Virus record (IMG/VR): IMGVR_UViG_2740892235_000010
Coordinates: 1 to 32,931 of that record
Reading direction: 5' to 3' (one strand)
From: a virus
Lineage: Duplodnaviria > Heunggongvirae > Uroviricota > Caudoviricetes
Length of the DNA stretch: 32,931 nucleotides
Shown: piece after piece, positions 1 through 8,490 of the stretch
How the letters are laid out: each line of letters opens with the position of its first letter
Numbering within the stretch: the first letter of the stretch is position 1
The notes under the pieces: model-generated
What the model was told of the DNA's origin: nothing
Databases searched by the model: none
Seen by the model: the letters and a program-made list of their open reading frames with translations, nothing else
Translations under genes and position numbers: made by a program

Positions 1-996
1 TTATGGACGCATTATGGACATTCCTGACACCGGGTTAAGAGTCACAGCATCTTGTAAGAAATCCGGTGCAAAGTGTGCGTAGGTCATAGTTTGCTGAATG
101 TTAGAATGACCCAGGATGCGCTGCAATGTGATTATGTTACCTCCATTCATTATAAAATGTGTGGCAAATGTATGCCTCAAAACATGCACTGCCTGTCCGT
201 CAGGTAAATCGGGTTTTACTTCCCTGAGAGCGTTGCGCACTTTGTAGTAACTGGCATTAAAAAGCCTGCCTGAATTTTTGGTCTTGATCCGTTTAATCAG
301 GTCCTGCGAAACGGGAATTGTCCTGCGCTTTCCGTTTTTAGTTTTCATAAACGTAACCATCTGGTTAATGATGTGTTCAGCTTTCAAATTAGACACTTCA
401 CTCCAGCGTCCACCAGTAGAAAGGCAGACCAGAGTTGCATTTAACTCATCGCCATCAAGCATGGATAACAGCCGCGTAATCTCTTCACTGGACAAAAAAG
501 CCATTTCCGTAACAGCTTCACGTAATCGCTTAACCTCACGGAACGGGTTGTGAGAGTGATATTCACCGGCGTCAATTAACTTGGTGAACATCCCGCTCAT
601 TATTGCCAGATGCCGATTTACGCTGGCTGGTTTTAGACCATCGTTCATCATTACAACGCGATAATCAGTTATCGTTTTCTTTGTTAGCTGGTCCGCCCTG
701 GACACTCCCATCTCAGCAAATTTGGCGATTATTGTCGTCAAACGCCCTCGTTCAATATCTCCACGCTCATGTGATTTTCCGTGATATATCCACCATCTGC
801 CTAACAACTCTGTAAGAGTTCGGCGGTCGGCCGGCTTCTCCAGCCACTCTTTGTTGTGGAAGTTAACCAGTACATGACGTTCGAATGCCTGAGCTTCACC
901 TTTAGTTTTAAATTTCCGCCTGATACGTTTTCCATCTGCACCCTGCGGTCTGACGTCCACTTCATAACGACCATCATCGAGCTTTTTAATAGACAT
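1..996 (-). CDS. int: Tyrosine integrase (P2 Int-like), 331 aa
   Basis: Complete ORF with ATG at 994-996 and stop at 1-3. C-terminal tyrosine-recombinase box (LRHTFATHF...GHSNIQQTMTYAH). Sits at the prophage end next to the repressor gene, as in P2. Confidence 0.9.
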   Translation of the reverse strand: MSIKKLDDGRYEVDVRPQGADGKRIRRKFKTKGEAQAFERHVLVNFHNKEWLEKPADRRTLTELLGRWWIYHGKSHERGDIERGRLTTIIAKFAEMGVSRADQLTKKTITDYRVVMMNDGLKPASVNRHLAIMSGMFTKLIDAGEYHSHNPFREVKRLREAVTEMAFLSSEEITRLLSMLDGDELNATLVCLSTGGRWSEVSNLKAEHIINQMVTFMKTKNGKRRTIPVSQDLIKRIKTKNSGRLFNASYYKVRNALREVKPDLPDGQAVHVLRHTFATHFIMNGGNIITLQRILGHSNIQQTMTYAHFAPDFLQDAVTLNPVSGMSIMRP

Positions 997-1089
997 AAAG
1001 CCCTCCGATGACGCTGTTTACTTCTACTACTTGAAAATTAATGCAATTTTCTTTCGTACATTTACTGCACACATATGCTGAATAAATCG

Positions 1090-1389
1090 TCAGCCAGTCT
1101 TTTGGTCTGAGTGGTGCAAGGTTGTTGAGTCTTGCCCAATGTGTGCGAGCGCCGGGGCTATTTGTCCGGCAGCGGGATCTGTCTCATCAAACATGAACCA
1201 GTCACGATATTTACGGAATCTTGGGTGTTTCAGAAGTCGCACTACCGCGTCATGTGAAATGGATGATTTCCCATTTTCGTACCCCACATAGGTAACGTAA
1301 TTAATACCTGTCATTTCAGCTACTTCCTTCTTCTTGAGGCGTTCAGACTCACGAATAAGTTTAAGTTTCTCACGAATCTCAATTGACAT
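1090..1389 (-). CDS. C: Immunity repressor C-like HTH protein, 99 aa
   Basis: 99-aa ORF, the same size as P2 C, with an HTH-like segment (KKEVAEMTGINYVTYVGYENG). Lies between int and a divergent cox-like gene. Confidence 0.7.
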   Translation of the reverse strand: MSIEIREKLKLIRESERLKKKEVAEMTGINYVTYVGYENGKSSISHDAVVRLLKHPRFRKYRDWFMFDETDPAAGQIAPALAHIGQDSTTLHHSDQKTG

Positions 1390-1493
1390 AATGAATCAGA
1401 TCTCTTATTTTTAATCCGTTGTGATATTCCACACCTAACTCTAGCCAACTCTAACTAGCTTTAGTTTGTGGAGCCAATTAGGAGAATAGCAAA
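1390..1493. promoter_or_regulatory. Divergent early control region (Pc/Pe-type) with tandem direct repeat AACTCTA(G/A)C
   Basis: 104-bp intergenic region between divergent C and cox. Two adjacent 10-bp direct repeats at 1437-1446 and 1447-1456, which is how P2 C operators are arranged (direct repeats). Exact -35/-10 elements not assigned. Confidence 0.45.
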
Positions 1494-1850
1494 ATGAATG
1501 TCGGATCTGAAATTTCTGACGAGACAAGACAAGAAGTCTCAGTTCTTACAAAAGCAAAACGTCATTCAGTTAAATTGGCTGCTGTGCCTTCAGATTTGCT
1601 GTCGAAAGAGGGTTTTGCTCTTTACATAGGTAAGACACCACGCGCTGTAGCAGAAATGGCGAGAGCAGGCAAGCTCCCTGCGTTCTATATGACAGACCCA
1701 CTGAAGCCAGGGGGGAATGCTGAGTTATGGATTAATCGTCGTGAGTGGGACAAATATGCAGCTCAACTAGTCGATGAAGCTCCGACAGAATGGCATGACT
1801 GGAAGAACCGCATAAGTTATAGCAAGTCGAAATTAGGGCGTATGGTGTGA
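1494..1850 (+). CDS. cox: Cox-like excisionase/early regulator, 118 aa
   Basis: ATG at 1494 preceded by AGGAG. First gene of the rightward early operon, divergent from C. HTH-like segment (ALYIGKTPRAVAEMARAGKLPAFYMTDP) resembles Cox/Apl-type proteins. Confidence 0.6.
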   Translation: MNVGSEISDETRQEVSVLTKAKRHSVKLAAVPSDLLSKEGFALYIGKTPRAVAEMARAGKLPAFYMTDPLKPGGNAELWINRREWDKYAAQLVDEAPTEWHDWKNRISYSKSKLGRMV

Positions 1851-1859
1851 GGGCATGTT

Positions 1860-2456
1860 ATGAACACTATAGTAGGAAACACGGCAGCTAAAAAAATTCA
1901 ATCGTTGATCATCGAGCTGCGCACGAGACTTTTGTCGATTGAAGGGCAATCTAACGTATCAGCCATAGTTGATGACATAGAAATTGAAGCGAAAAAATTA
2001 GAAGAAGAAGTTAATTTTCTGGCTTTACCTGTAAGAGCTGCAGAAATTGAGACTTTGACGCATTTAATTAAATGTGGATGTGTCAGGCTGGAAAATAACA
2101 AAAGAGATGAACGTAATGAGATTATAAATAATTTACAAGAGTCATTTGCGTTAATCAGCCAGAATCAACATGCCCCAACTAAAACAAAAAGAAGCAAATC
2201 AAGTAAATTTGAGATTTTGCGTTTTGGTGATCTTTCTATTATTGGTTGCGAGCTAACCCCATTACGCAACTATGTGACTCTATACTGTAGAGCTTGTTAT
2301 GAAAATGACAGATTTATCGGTCATGTGTACTACGGAGTATCAAAGTTATCGGGTGACGAAAAAGGTTATAGCGAATTTGATGCACTGAGTATTATTAATG
2401 CTGTAGAAAAATATGCGCCAGGAATGCAAAAATACTCATGGCGCAAAGTAGATTGA
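1860..2456 (+). CDS. Hypothetical protein, 198 aa (AT-rich early-region cargo)
   Basis: ATG at 1860. Visibly AT-rich relative to the structural genes. No motif recognised. Confidence 0.55.
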   Translation: MNTIVGNTAAKKIQSLIIELRTRLLSIEGQSNVSAIVDDIEIEAKKLEEEVNFLALPVRAAEIETLTHLIKCGCVRLENNKRDERNEIINNLQESFALISQNQHAPTKTKRSKSSKFEILRFGDLSIIGCELTPLRNYVTLYCRACYENDRFIGHVYYGVSKLSGDEKGYSEFDALSIINAVEKYAPGMQKYSWRKVD

Positions 2457-2458
2457 AA

Positions 2459-2713
2459 TTATTTTTCTTTATTCAGCTCTAAGTATTCGCCGATAGTAGC
2501 ATGAAGATTTTTTAATTGCTCGAGTTGAATACTAATTGCAAGAACATTATCGCTTTTTAGGTTTAAGTCGGTATGAAGGTGTGCGAGTAGTCTCATCTTA
2601 CCCTCACTGACAATACCATCGATAGTGATTTTGTCTGGAAATACAGTAACAGTTTTTTTGTCCATTTTTACACCTTTTGTGGTTGGTTGTTTTTGGCGAT
2701 TCGATCTTACCAC
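2459..2713 (-). CDS. Hypothetical small protein, 84 aa (possibly 68 aa from internal Met at 2665)
   Basis: Convergent with the 198-aa ORF, tail-to-tail with a 2-bp gap. AT-rich. No motif recognised. Confidence 0.4.
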   Translation of the reverse strand: MVRSNRQKQPTTKGVKMDKKTVTVFPDKITIDGIVSEGKMRLLAHLHTDLNLKSDNVLAISIQLEQLKNLHATIGEYLELNKEK

Positions 2714-2764
2714 AAGACCATGTGCCGGACATGGCTAAAAACCGGCTCTGTTTCAGGAGGAGTT

Positions 2765-2935
2765 ATGCCGGAACCTCGTTGTATTGCTCAGTTATTGCGT
2801 AACGAAAGCCCAAGGGCGATTGACTTCACCATCACCCACGGTAAGGGGCGTAAGGGAATCATTATCCGCACCAAAAAACAGAGTCCGTTAAAAAAGGCTC
2901 TGACCTTTCTGAAAAGCCGGAGAGTATGGAAATGA
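2765..2935 (+). CDS. Small early protein, about 56 aa
   Basis: ATG at 2765 preceded by GGAGG. Basic protein. Position is analogous to P2 orf78. Confidence 0.4.
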   Translation: MPEPRCIAQLLRNESPRAIDFTITHGKGRKGIIIRTKKQSPLKKALTFLKSRRVWK

Positions 2936-3432
2936 CAGTGATGACGCTCAATCTCGTTGAAAAACAGCCAGCAGCTATGCGCCGGATAATTGGTAAGCAT
3001 CTTGCCGTTCCTCGCTGGCAGGATACATGTGATTATTATAATCAGATGATGGAGCGCGAACGGCTAACAGTTTGCTTTCATGCGCAGTTAAAACAACGTC
3101 ACGCAACGATGCGTTTTGAAGAAATGAACGACGTCGAACGTGAACGGCTGGTTTGTGCAATTGATGAATTGCGTGGGGCATTCTCAAAACGCCGTCAGGT
3201 TGGCGCAAGTGAGTATGCATATATTAGTTTTTTAACAGTAAGTCAGCGTCGCACTTTATTTATGCACGCACGACTGACAGAAAAAGAATTTAACCAGCCG
3301 TACTGGCGAATTAATGAAGAATCATGTTACTGGCGTGATGCTTTATTCCGTGCATTACGTGAATTATTCAGTCTGTTTGAGTATGCACCGACAATTCTGA
3401 CGTCGGTAAAACCAGAGCAATATCTGCATTAA
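2926..3432 (+). CDS. Early protein, 168 aa; candidate P2 B-like replication protein
   Basis: Size and position (between cox and A) match P2 gene B (about 166 aa). No sequence motif confirmed from memory. Confidence 0.5.
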   Translation: MEMTVMTLNLVEKQPAAMRRIIGKHLAVPRWQDTCDYYNQMMERERLTVCFHAQLKQRHATMRFEEMNDVERERLVCAIDELRGAFSKRRQVGASEYAYISFLTVSQRRTLFMHARLTEKEFNQPYWRINEESCYWRDALFRALRELFSLFEYAPTILTSVKPEQYLH

Positions 3433-3495
3433 GTAATTAACCAGAGTTTTTAACGCACTTAATCGTGCGGGGCTTCTTTTTGCCTGGAGAAAGTC

Positions 3496-3708
3496 ATGCA
3501 TACAGTTTCTGAAAATCAGTGCGGTAAATACGCATTAATGCTGCAACAGGCCAGAACCGAAGCACAGGCCGACGCAGCAACGCGCTTTTCGTCTCATCTT
3601 GATGCCATGATTCGCCACATCACAAAGGCGGAGTTATCCCGCGTGGAGATAGTCGAGTTGCTCAGTCAGGAGTCTGCCAAATTCCATAATCTAGGACTCA
3701 ATAAATAA
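3496..3708 (+). CDS. Hypothetical early protein, 70 aa
   Basis: ORF in the early operon between the B-like gene and A. No motif recognised. Confidence 0.45.
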   Translation: MHTVSENQCGKYALMLQQARTEAQADAATRFSSHLDAMIRHITKAELSRVEIVELLSQESAKFHNLGLNK

Positions 3709-3716
3709 CAGGAAAG

Positions 3717-3968
3717 TTGGAGATGACAAATACAAAATGGTTCAGGAAACGCTTAACAGATTATCAACTTTCATTACTTAAAAAATTAGATGACAAGACT
3801 CCACTACATCCATCAAGCGATGTCTTCCGCTCCTGGCCTAGTCGTGTGGAAAAAGCATTTATAGCAATGGGGAAATGGGGGCTTGTGACCAAATCAAGAG
3901 AAGGTTTCTGTATTACCGATAATGGCCGGGAAATGATTGATTCTGCGGAGAGGGCATATAGCGAATGA
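3717..3968 (+). CDS. Hypothetical early protein, 83 aa
   Basis: ORF whose stop overlaps the next gene's start (3965). AT-rich. Confidence 0.5.
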   Translation: MEMTNTKWFRKRLTDYQLSLLKKLDDKTPLHPSSDVFRSWPSRVEKAFIAMGKWGLVTKSREGFCITDNGREMIDSAERAYSE

Positions 3969-4255
3969 AAAATATATTGCTTAATAACTGGCTGAAGATT
4001 TCAGTTATGAAAAATGGTGATTTGTCGCTAGCTGATATTAAACGCGATAAAAACACTGGGGATATGGTTGAATCAACTATAGCCATTTATGCGGATAAAT
4101 TAAATCTCCTGTCTGATGTGGTCAATTTACTTGTTAAACGCGCTGTATTTCATAAGCAAATTTCCTCCGTGGATGAACTGACAAAATTAACGACAGAAGT
4201 CACCAGCTATTGCGCTGATGAATTTAAAAACCTTAACGACAAAAGGAACTGGTAA
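3965..4255 (+). CDS. Hypothetical early protein, 96 aa
   Basis: ORF translationally coupled to its neighbours on both sides. AT-rich. Confidence 0.5.
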   Translation: MKNILLNNWLKISVMKNGDLSLADIKRDKNTGDMVESTIAIYADKLNLLSDVVNLLVKRAVFHKQISSVDELTKLTTEVTSYCADEFKNLNDKRNW

Positions 4256-4479
4256 TGCCGGACAACGTAGATTTTATTCAGGAACAACAGGCTGAATTAC
4301 TGGAGCGCCAGATTAACGCGGCAAGGGTAAAACATTGCGGTGCTTCTGCGCTGGTTTGCGAAGAGTGTGACGCGCCAATACCTGCTGCCCGTCGTGCGGC
4401 TTATCCGTCAGCCACGCGTTGTGTTTCCTGTCAGTCAGTCTTTGAAGCAAAAAACAAACATTACCGGAGAATGGCATGA
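4255..4479 (+). CDS. TraR/DksA-type C4 zinc-finger protein, 74 aa
   Basis: CxxC-17-CxxC motif (CEECDAPIPAARRAAYPSATRCVSC). Position matches P2 orf82. Confidence 0.75.
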   Translation: MPDNVDFIQEQQAELLERQINAARVKHCGASALVCEECDAPIPAARRAAYPSATRCVSCQSVFEAKNKHYRRMA

Positions 4480-4751
4480 GCATTCGTATTGAAATTGGCG
4501 AACGTTATGTCGTTACCAGTGACAGCTTTCAGTTTATTCTCCACGAGAAAAAGAGAGCGGAAAGCGGTAAAAACGCCGGTCAGGAATGGCTGGCGGTGGT
4601 TGGTTATTACCCGAAATTAAGCCAGCTCGTTTCCGGCCTGATGCATCACGATATTCTGACCGGAAGCGCAAAATCTTTTGCCGATTTAAACGCGCAGGTT
4701 GAGCAACTCAGCAAGCGTTGTTCAGAGGCTTTTGGCACACATGGCCGTTAA
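4476..4751 (+). CDS. Hypothetical early protein, 91 aa
   Basis: ORF immediately upstream of and overlapping the A start. Confidence 0.55.
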   Translation: MSIRIEIGERYVVTSDSFQFILHEKKRAESGKNAGQEWLAVVGYYPKLSQLVSGLMHHDILTGSAKSFADLNAQVEQLSKRCSEAFGTHGR

Positions 4752-7011
4752 AGCCTCCGGGCGTTTTGTCCCTTCGTCAGCATTTGCCGCAGGCACCGGT
4801 AAGACGTTTACCGGTGCTTATACATGGAACGCGCCACGTGAGGCTGTCGGGCGCGAAAGACCCCTTACACGTGATGAGATGCGTCAGGTGCAAGGTGTTT
4901 TATCCACGATTAACCGCCTGCCTTACTTTTTGCGCTCGCTGTTTACTTCACGCTATGACTACATCCGGCGCAATAAAAGCCCGGTGCACGGGTTTTATTT
5001 CCTCACATCCACTTTTCAGCGTCGTTTATGGCCGCGCATTGAGCGTGTGAATCAGCGCCATGAAATGAACACCGACGCGTCGTTGCTGTTTCTGGCAGAG
5101 CGTGACCACTATGCGCGCCTGCCTGGAATGAATGACAAGGAGCTGAAAAAGTTTGCTGCCCGTATCTCATCGCAGCTTTTCATGATGTATGAGGAAATCT
5201 GCGATGCCTGGGTGGATGCGCATGGCGAAAAAGAATCGCTGTTTACGGATGAGGCGCAGGCTCACCTGTATGGTCATGTTGCTGGCGCTGCACGTGCTTT
5301 CAATATTTCCCCGCTTTACTGGAAAAAATACCGTAAAGGGCAGATGACCACGAGGCAGGCATATTCTGCCATTGCCCGCCTGTTTAACGATGAGTGGTGG
5401 ACTCATCAGCTTAAAGGCCAGCGTATGCGCTGGCATGAGGCGTTACTGATAGCTGTCGGGGAGGTCAATAAAGACCGTTCTCCTTATGCCAGTAAACACG
5501 CCATTCGTGATGTGCGTGCGCGCCGCCAGGCAAATCTGGAATTTCTTAAATCGTGTGACCTTGAAAACAGGGAAACCGGCGAGCGCATCGACCTTATCAG
5601 TAAGGTGATGGGCAGTATTTCTAATCCTGAAATTCGCCGGATGGAGCTGATGAACACCATTGCCGGTATTGAGCGTTACGCCGCCGCAGAGGGTGATGTG
5701 GGGATGTTTATCACGCTGACCGCGCCGTCAAAGTATCACCCGACACGTCAGGTCGGAAAAGGCGAAAGTAAAACCGTTCAGCTTAATCACGGCTGGAACG
5801 ATGAGGCATTTAATCCAAAGGATGCGCAGCGTTATCTCTGCCGCATCTGGAGCCTGATGCGCACGGCATTCAAGGATAATGATTTACAGGTCTACGGTTT
5901 GCGAGTCGTCGAGCCACACCACGACGGAACGCCGCACTGGCATATGATGCTTTTTTGTAATCCACGCCAGCGTAACCAGATTATCGAAATCATGCGTCGC
6001 TATGCGCTCAAAGAGGATGGCGACGAAAGAGGAGCCGCGCGAAACCGTTTTCAGGCAAAACACCTTAACCGGGGCGGTGCTGCGGGATATATCGCGAAAT
6101 ACATTTCAAAAAATATCGACGGCTATGCACTGGATGGTCAGCTCGATAACGATACCGGCAGACCGCTGAAAGATACTGCAGCGGCTGTTACCGCATGGGC
6201 GTCAACGTGGCGCATTCCGCAATTTAAAACGGTTGGTCTGCCGACAATGGGGGCTTACCGTGAATTACGCAAATTGCCTCGCGGCGTCAGCATTGCTGAT
6301 GAGTTTGACGAGCGCGTCGAGGCTGCACGCGCCGCCGCAGACAGTGGTGATTTTGCGTTGTATATCAGCGCGCAGGGTGGGGCAAATGTTCCGCGCGATT
6401 GTCAGACTGTCAGAGTCGCCCGTAGCCCGTCGGATGAAGTTAACGAGTACGAGGAAGAAGTCGAGAGAGTGGTCGGCATTTACGCGCCGCATCTCGGCGC
6501 GCGTCATATTCATATCACCAGAACGACGGACTGGCGCATTGTGCCGAAAGTTCCAGTCGTGGAGCCTTTGACTTTAAAAAGCGGCATCGCCGCGCCTCGG
6601 AGTCCTGTCAATAACTGTGGAAAGCTCACCGGTAGTGATGTTTCGTTACCGGCTCCCACACCTTCTGAGCACGCCGCCGCAGTGCTTAATCTGGTTGATG
6701 ACGGTGTTATCGAATGGAATGACCAGGAGGTCGTGAGGGCGCTCAGGGGCGCATTAAAACACGACCTGAGAACACCAAACCGTCAGCAAAGAAGCGGAAG
6801 CCCGTTAAAACCGCATGAAATAGCGCCATCGGCCAGACTGACCCGGTCGGAACGAATGCAAATTACCCGTATCCGCGTTGACCTTGCTCAGAACGGTATC
6901 AGGCCGCAGCGATGGGAGCTTGAGGCGCTGGCGCGTGGGGCAACTGTAAATTACGACGGGAGAAGCTTCAGTTATCCTGTTATATGTGATTGGAGAGCGT
7001 ATGAATTATGA
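4741..7011 (+). CDS. A: Replication initiation endonuclease gpA (rolling-circle nickase)
   Basis: 756-aa protein starting MAVKASGRFVPSSAF at ATG 4741 (the ORF track's 4699 start is upstream and in frame). Size and N-terminus match P2 A. Follows the early genes. Confidence 0.9.
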   Translation: MAVKASGRFVPSSAFAAGTGKTFTGAYTWNAPREAVGRERPLTRDEMRQVQGVLSTINRLPYFLRSLFTSRYDYIRRNKSPVHGFYFLTSTFQRRLWPRIERVNQRHEMNTDASLLFLAERDHYARLPGMNDKELKKFAARISSQLFMMYEEICDAWVDAHGEKESLFTDEAQAHLYGHVAGAARAFNISPLYWKKYRKGQMTTRQAYSAIARLFNDEWWTHQLKGQRMRWHEALLIAVGEVNKDRSPYASKHAIRDVRARRQANLEFLKSCDLENRETGERIDLISKVMGSISNPEIRRMELMNTIAGIERYAAAEGDVGMFITLTAPSKYHPTRQVGKGESKTVQLNHGWNDEAFNPKDAQRYLCRIWSLMRTAFKDNDLQVYGLRVVEPHHDGTPHWHMMLFCNPRQRNQIIEIMRRYALKEDGDERGAARNRFQAKHLNRGGAAGYIAKYISKNIDGYALDGQLDNDTGRPLKDTAAAVTAWASTWRIPQFKTVGLPTMGAYRELRKLPRGVSIADEFDERVEAARAAADSGDFALYISAQGGANVPRDCQTVRVARSPSDEVNEYEEEVERVVGIYAPHLGARHIHITRTTDWRIVPKVPVVEPLTLKSGIAAPRSPVNNCGKLTGSDVSLPAPTPSEHAAAVLNLVDDGVIEWNDQEVVRALRGALKHDLRTPNRQQRSGSPLKPHEIAPSARLTRSERMQITRIRVDLAQNGIRPQRWELEALARGATVNYDGRSFSYPVICDWRAYEL

Positions 7012-7104
7012 GATTGTGATAAAAAGTAAATAATTAATATAATGCAATTGCTTGACTGTTTTAAAAGGGACAACGTAGTTGTGAACTATATTGTCCCGGG
7101 AGTA

Positions 7105-8160
7105 TTAATTTTTAAATATGGATTGTATGTATTCTATAGTGCTATCTTTAGCTCTGATGTCTTTTAAAGTGTTATTTATGAAATCTATTATTCTGTCATT
7201 ACTTAATAGTGGCGATAACGCATAACATGTTGTTGTGAATGTCATGACGTCACTAAAGCTTAGTGAAACACCTTTTGTCGCAGCGTTCTCAATCGCAAGA
7301 GACTCATCAATATCTAAGTTTGTTGCTCTTGGCCCTTTAAGGAAGATAACTTTTGAAATCCCGGATGCAGATGCTTTTGAAACGGCGTGATTAACATCTT
7401 GATAATTAAATGGTTTGTCTTTCACTTCTATAGAAAGGAAAACTATATCATCATGATATACATCTATGTCCAGTATCTCTTTTGAGGAGCTACCGGCCTG
7501 ATTGACGGGATGTGCTTTTATTATCCATCCTCTTTGTTCACCTAATAAATGTAACGAAATTGCGGCAGCAATCGCGCATGTTTCTCCATCACAAGGATGA
7601 GATATAATATTATAAATAATCTTATGGAAATCAAAATTAATTGAGTTCGGCGTTATAACTCTATTGGTTCGCTGTAGGGTAAAATATAATGCAATAACAA
7701 GCATTTCATAAGCTAAGGTTTGGGTTGTTGCTGCATGTAATATATCAATTGAAAGTTGTTGTAAAACCTTATCATTTCCTCTGCGCACAGGGTTATCAGA
7801 GGAGTGGAGCATGTAACGAGCTGGTTTATTTAGAAATGGCTCATTTGATGCGCCTAACTTACCCTCTAAAAATGGGCCTTCTACTTTGCCTACTATTACC
7901 GAATGACATAAACTTCTTGCATCATAGGCTCCGTCTACGGGGGCATTAGCTTGTAAAGCCAGAGGGTTTACTCTAGGGTCTGTTGCTTTTGCAAGTAAAC
8001 CAGTAATAAGTATATATCTGTATGTAAGGTGGGTGCCTAAAATTACATTTTGAATGGAGACCCATTGATTATTTGTTTTGTAATCAGTTAATTTTTTTGC
8101 ATCGTTGATTGCATTTATAATTACATTATAGGCTTGCTCATGATTTACTAATACTTTCAT
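7105..8160 (-). CDS. Candidate type II restriction endonuclease, 351 aa (family not assignable from memory)
   Basis: ATG at 8158-8160. Its start is overlapped by 23 nt by the upstream HTH controller gene. Divergent from a C5-MTase. Possible PD-(D/E)xK-like segment DIDVYHDDIVFLSIEVK. AT-rich. Confidence 0.5.
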   Translation of the reverse strand: MKVLVNHEQAYNVIINAINDAKKLTDYKTNNQWVSIQNVILGTHLTYRYILITGLLAKATDPRVNPLALQANAPVDGAYDARSLCHSVIVGKVEGPFLEGKLGASNEPFLNKPARYMLHSSDNPVRRGNDKVLQQLSIDILHAATTQTLAYEMLVIALYFTLQRTNRVITPNSINFDFHKIIYNIISHPCDGETCAIAAAISLHLLGEQRGWIIKAHPVNQAGSSSKEILDIDVYHDDIVFLSIEVKDKPFNYQDVNHAVSKASASGISKVIFLKGPRATNLDIDESLAIENAATKGVSLSFSDVMTFTTTCYALSPLLSNDRIIDFINNTLKDIRAKDSTIEYIQSIFKN

Positions 8161-8407
8161 AGGTGTCCTTTAGTAAGATATCCATTGGTAGACCTAATCG
8201 GCTTGCAACCACCTCTAATAATTCAAATAGTTCTAAAGCATCTAATCGCCTTTCAAAGCTTTCGATTTTAGATATATCTGATTGTGATAATCCTAGAAAA
8301 ATGGCCAATTCTGACTGCGAAAGAGAAGCTTCTTTGCGTAGTTTGGTGAGAAGCTGGACTAGGCACCTGTATCTATGATCATGTATAGTTGGTTGTCGTT
8401 TTGCCAT
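8138..8407 (-). CDS. Controller (C-protein)-like XRE-family HTH regulator, about 89 aa
   Basis: HTH segment LSQSELAIFLGLSQSDISKIE. Immediately upstream of and overlapping the 351-aa gene. Start taken at ATG 8405-8407; an alternative ATG at 8450-8452 would overlap the MTase start. Confidence 0.6.
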   Translation of the reverse strand: MAKRQPTIHDHRYRCLVQLLTKLRKEASLSQSELAIFLGLSQSDISKIESFERRLDALELFELLEVVASRLGLPMDILLKDTYESISKS

Positions 8408-8490
8408 GTGGTTTAGAAGGTGATTGATTGTGTGTCGATCCTTACCTATCATTGGTTTTATTCCAAAATCGAATAATTGGTGCTAAAGAA
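8408..8490. promoter_or_regulatory. Divergent promoter/operator region of the R-M-like module (candidate C-box location)
   Basis: Short region between the divergent controller and MTase genes. Operator position inferred from C-protein systems; no convincing palindrome assigned. Confidence 0.3.

Noticed and set aside
4699-4740. Upstream start for gene A at 4699 (ORF-track start)
   Set aside because: The P2-like N-terminus MAVKASGRF begins at ATG 4741, which also gives the usual short overlap with the preceding gene's stop.
8408-8452. Longer 104-aa form of the controller protein starting at ATG 8450-8452
   Set aside because: It would overlap the probable methyltransferase start (TTG 8428 with an AGGTGA RBS) on the opposite strand. 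The internal ATG at 8405-8407 gives a typical ~89-aa C-protein. Not excluded, so flagged as uncertain.
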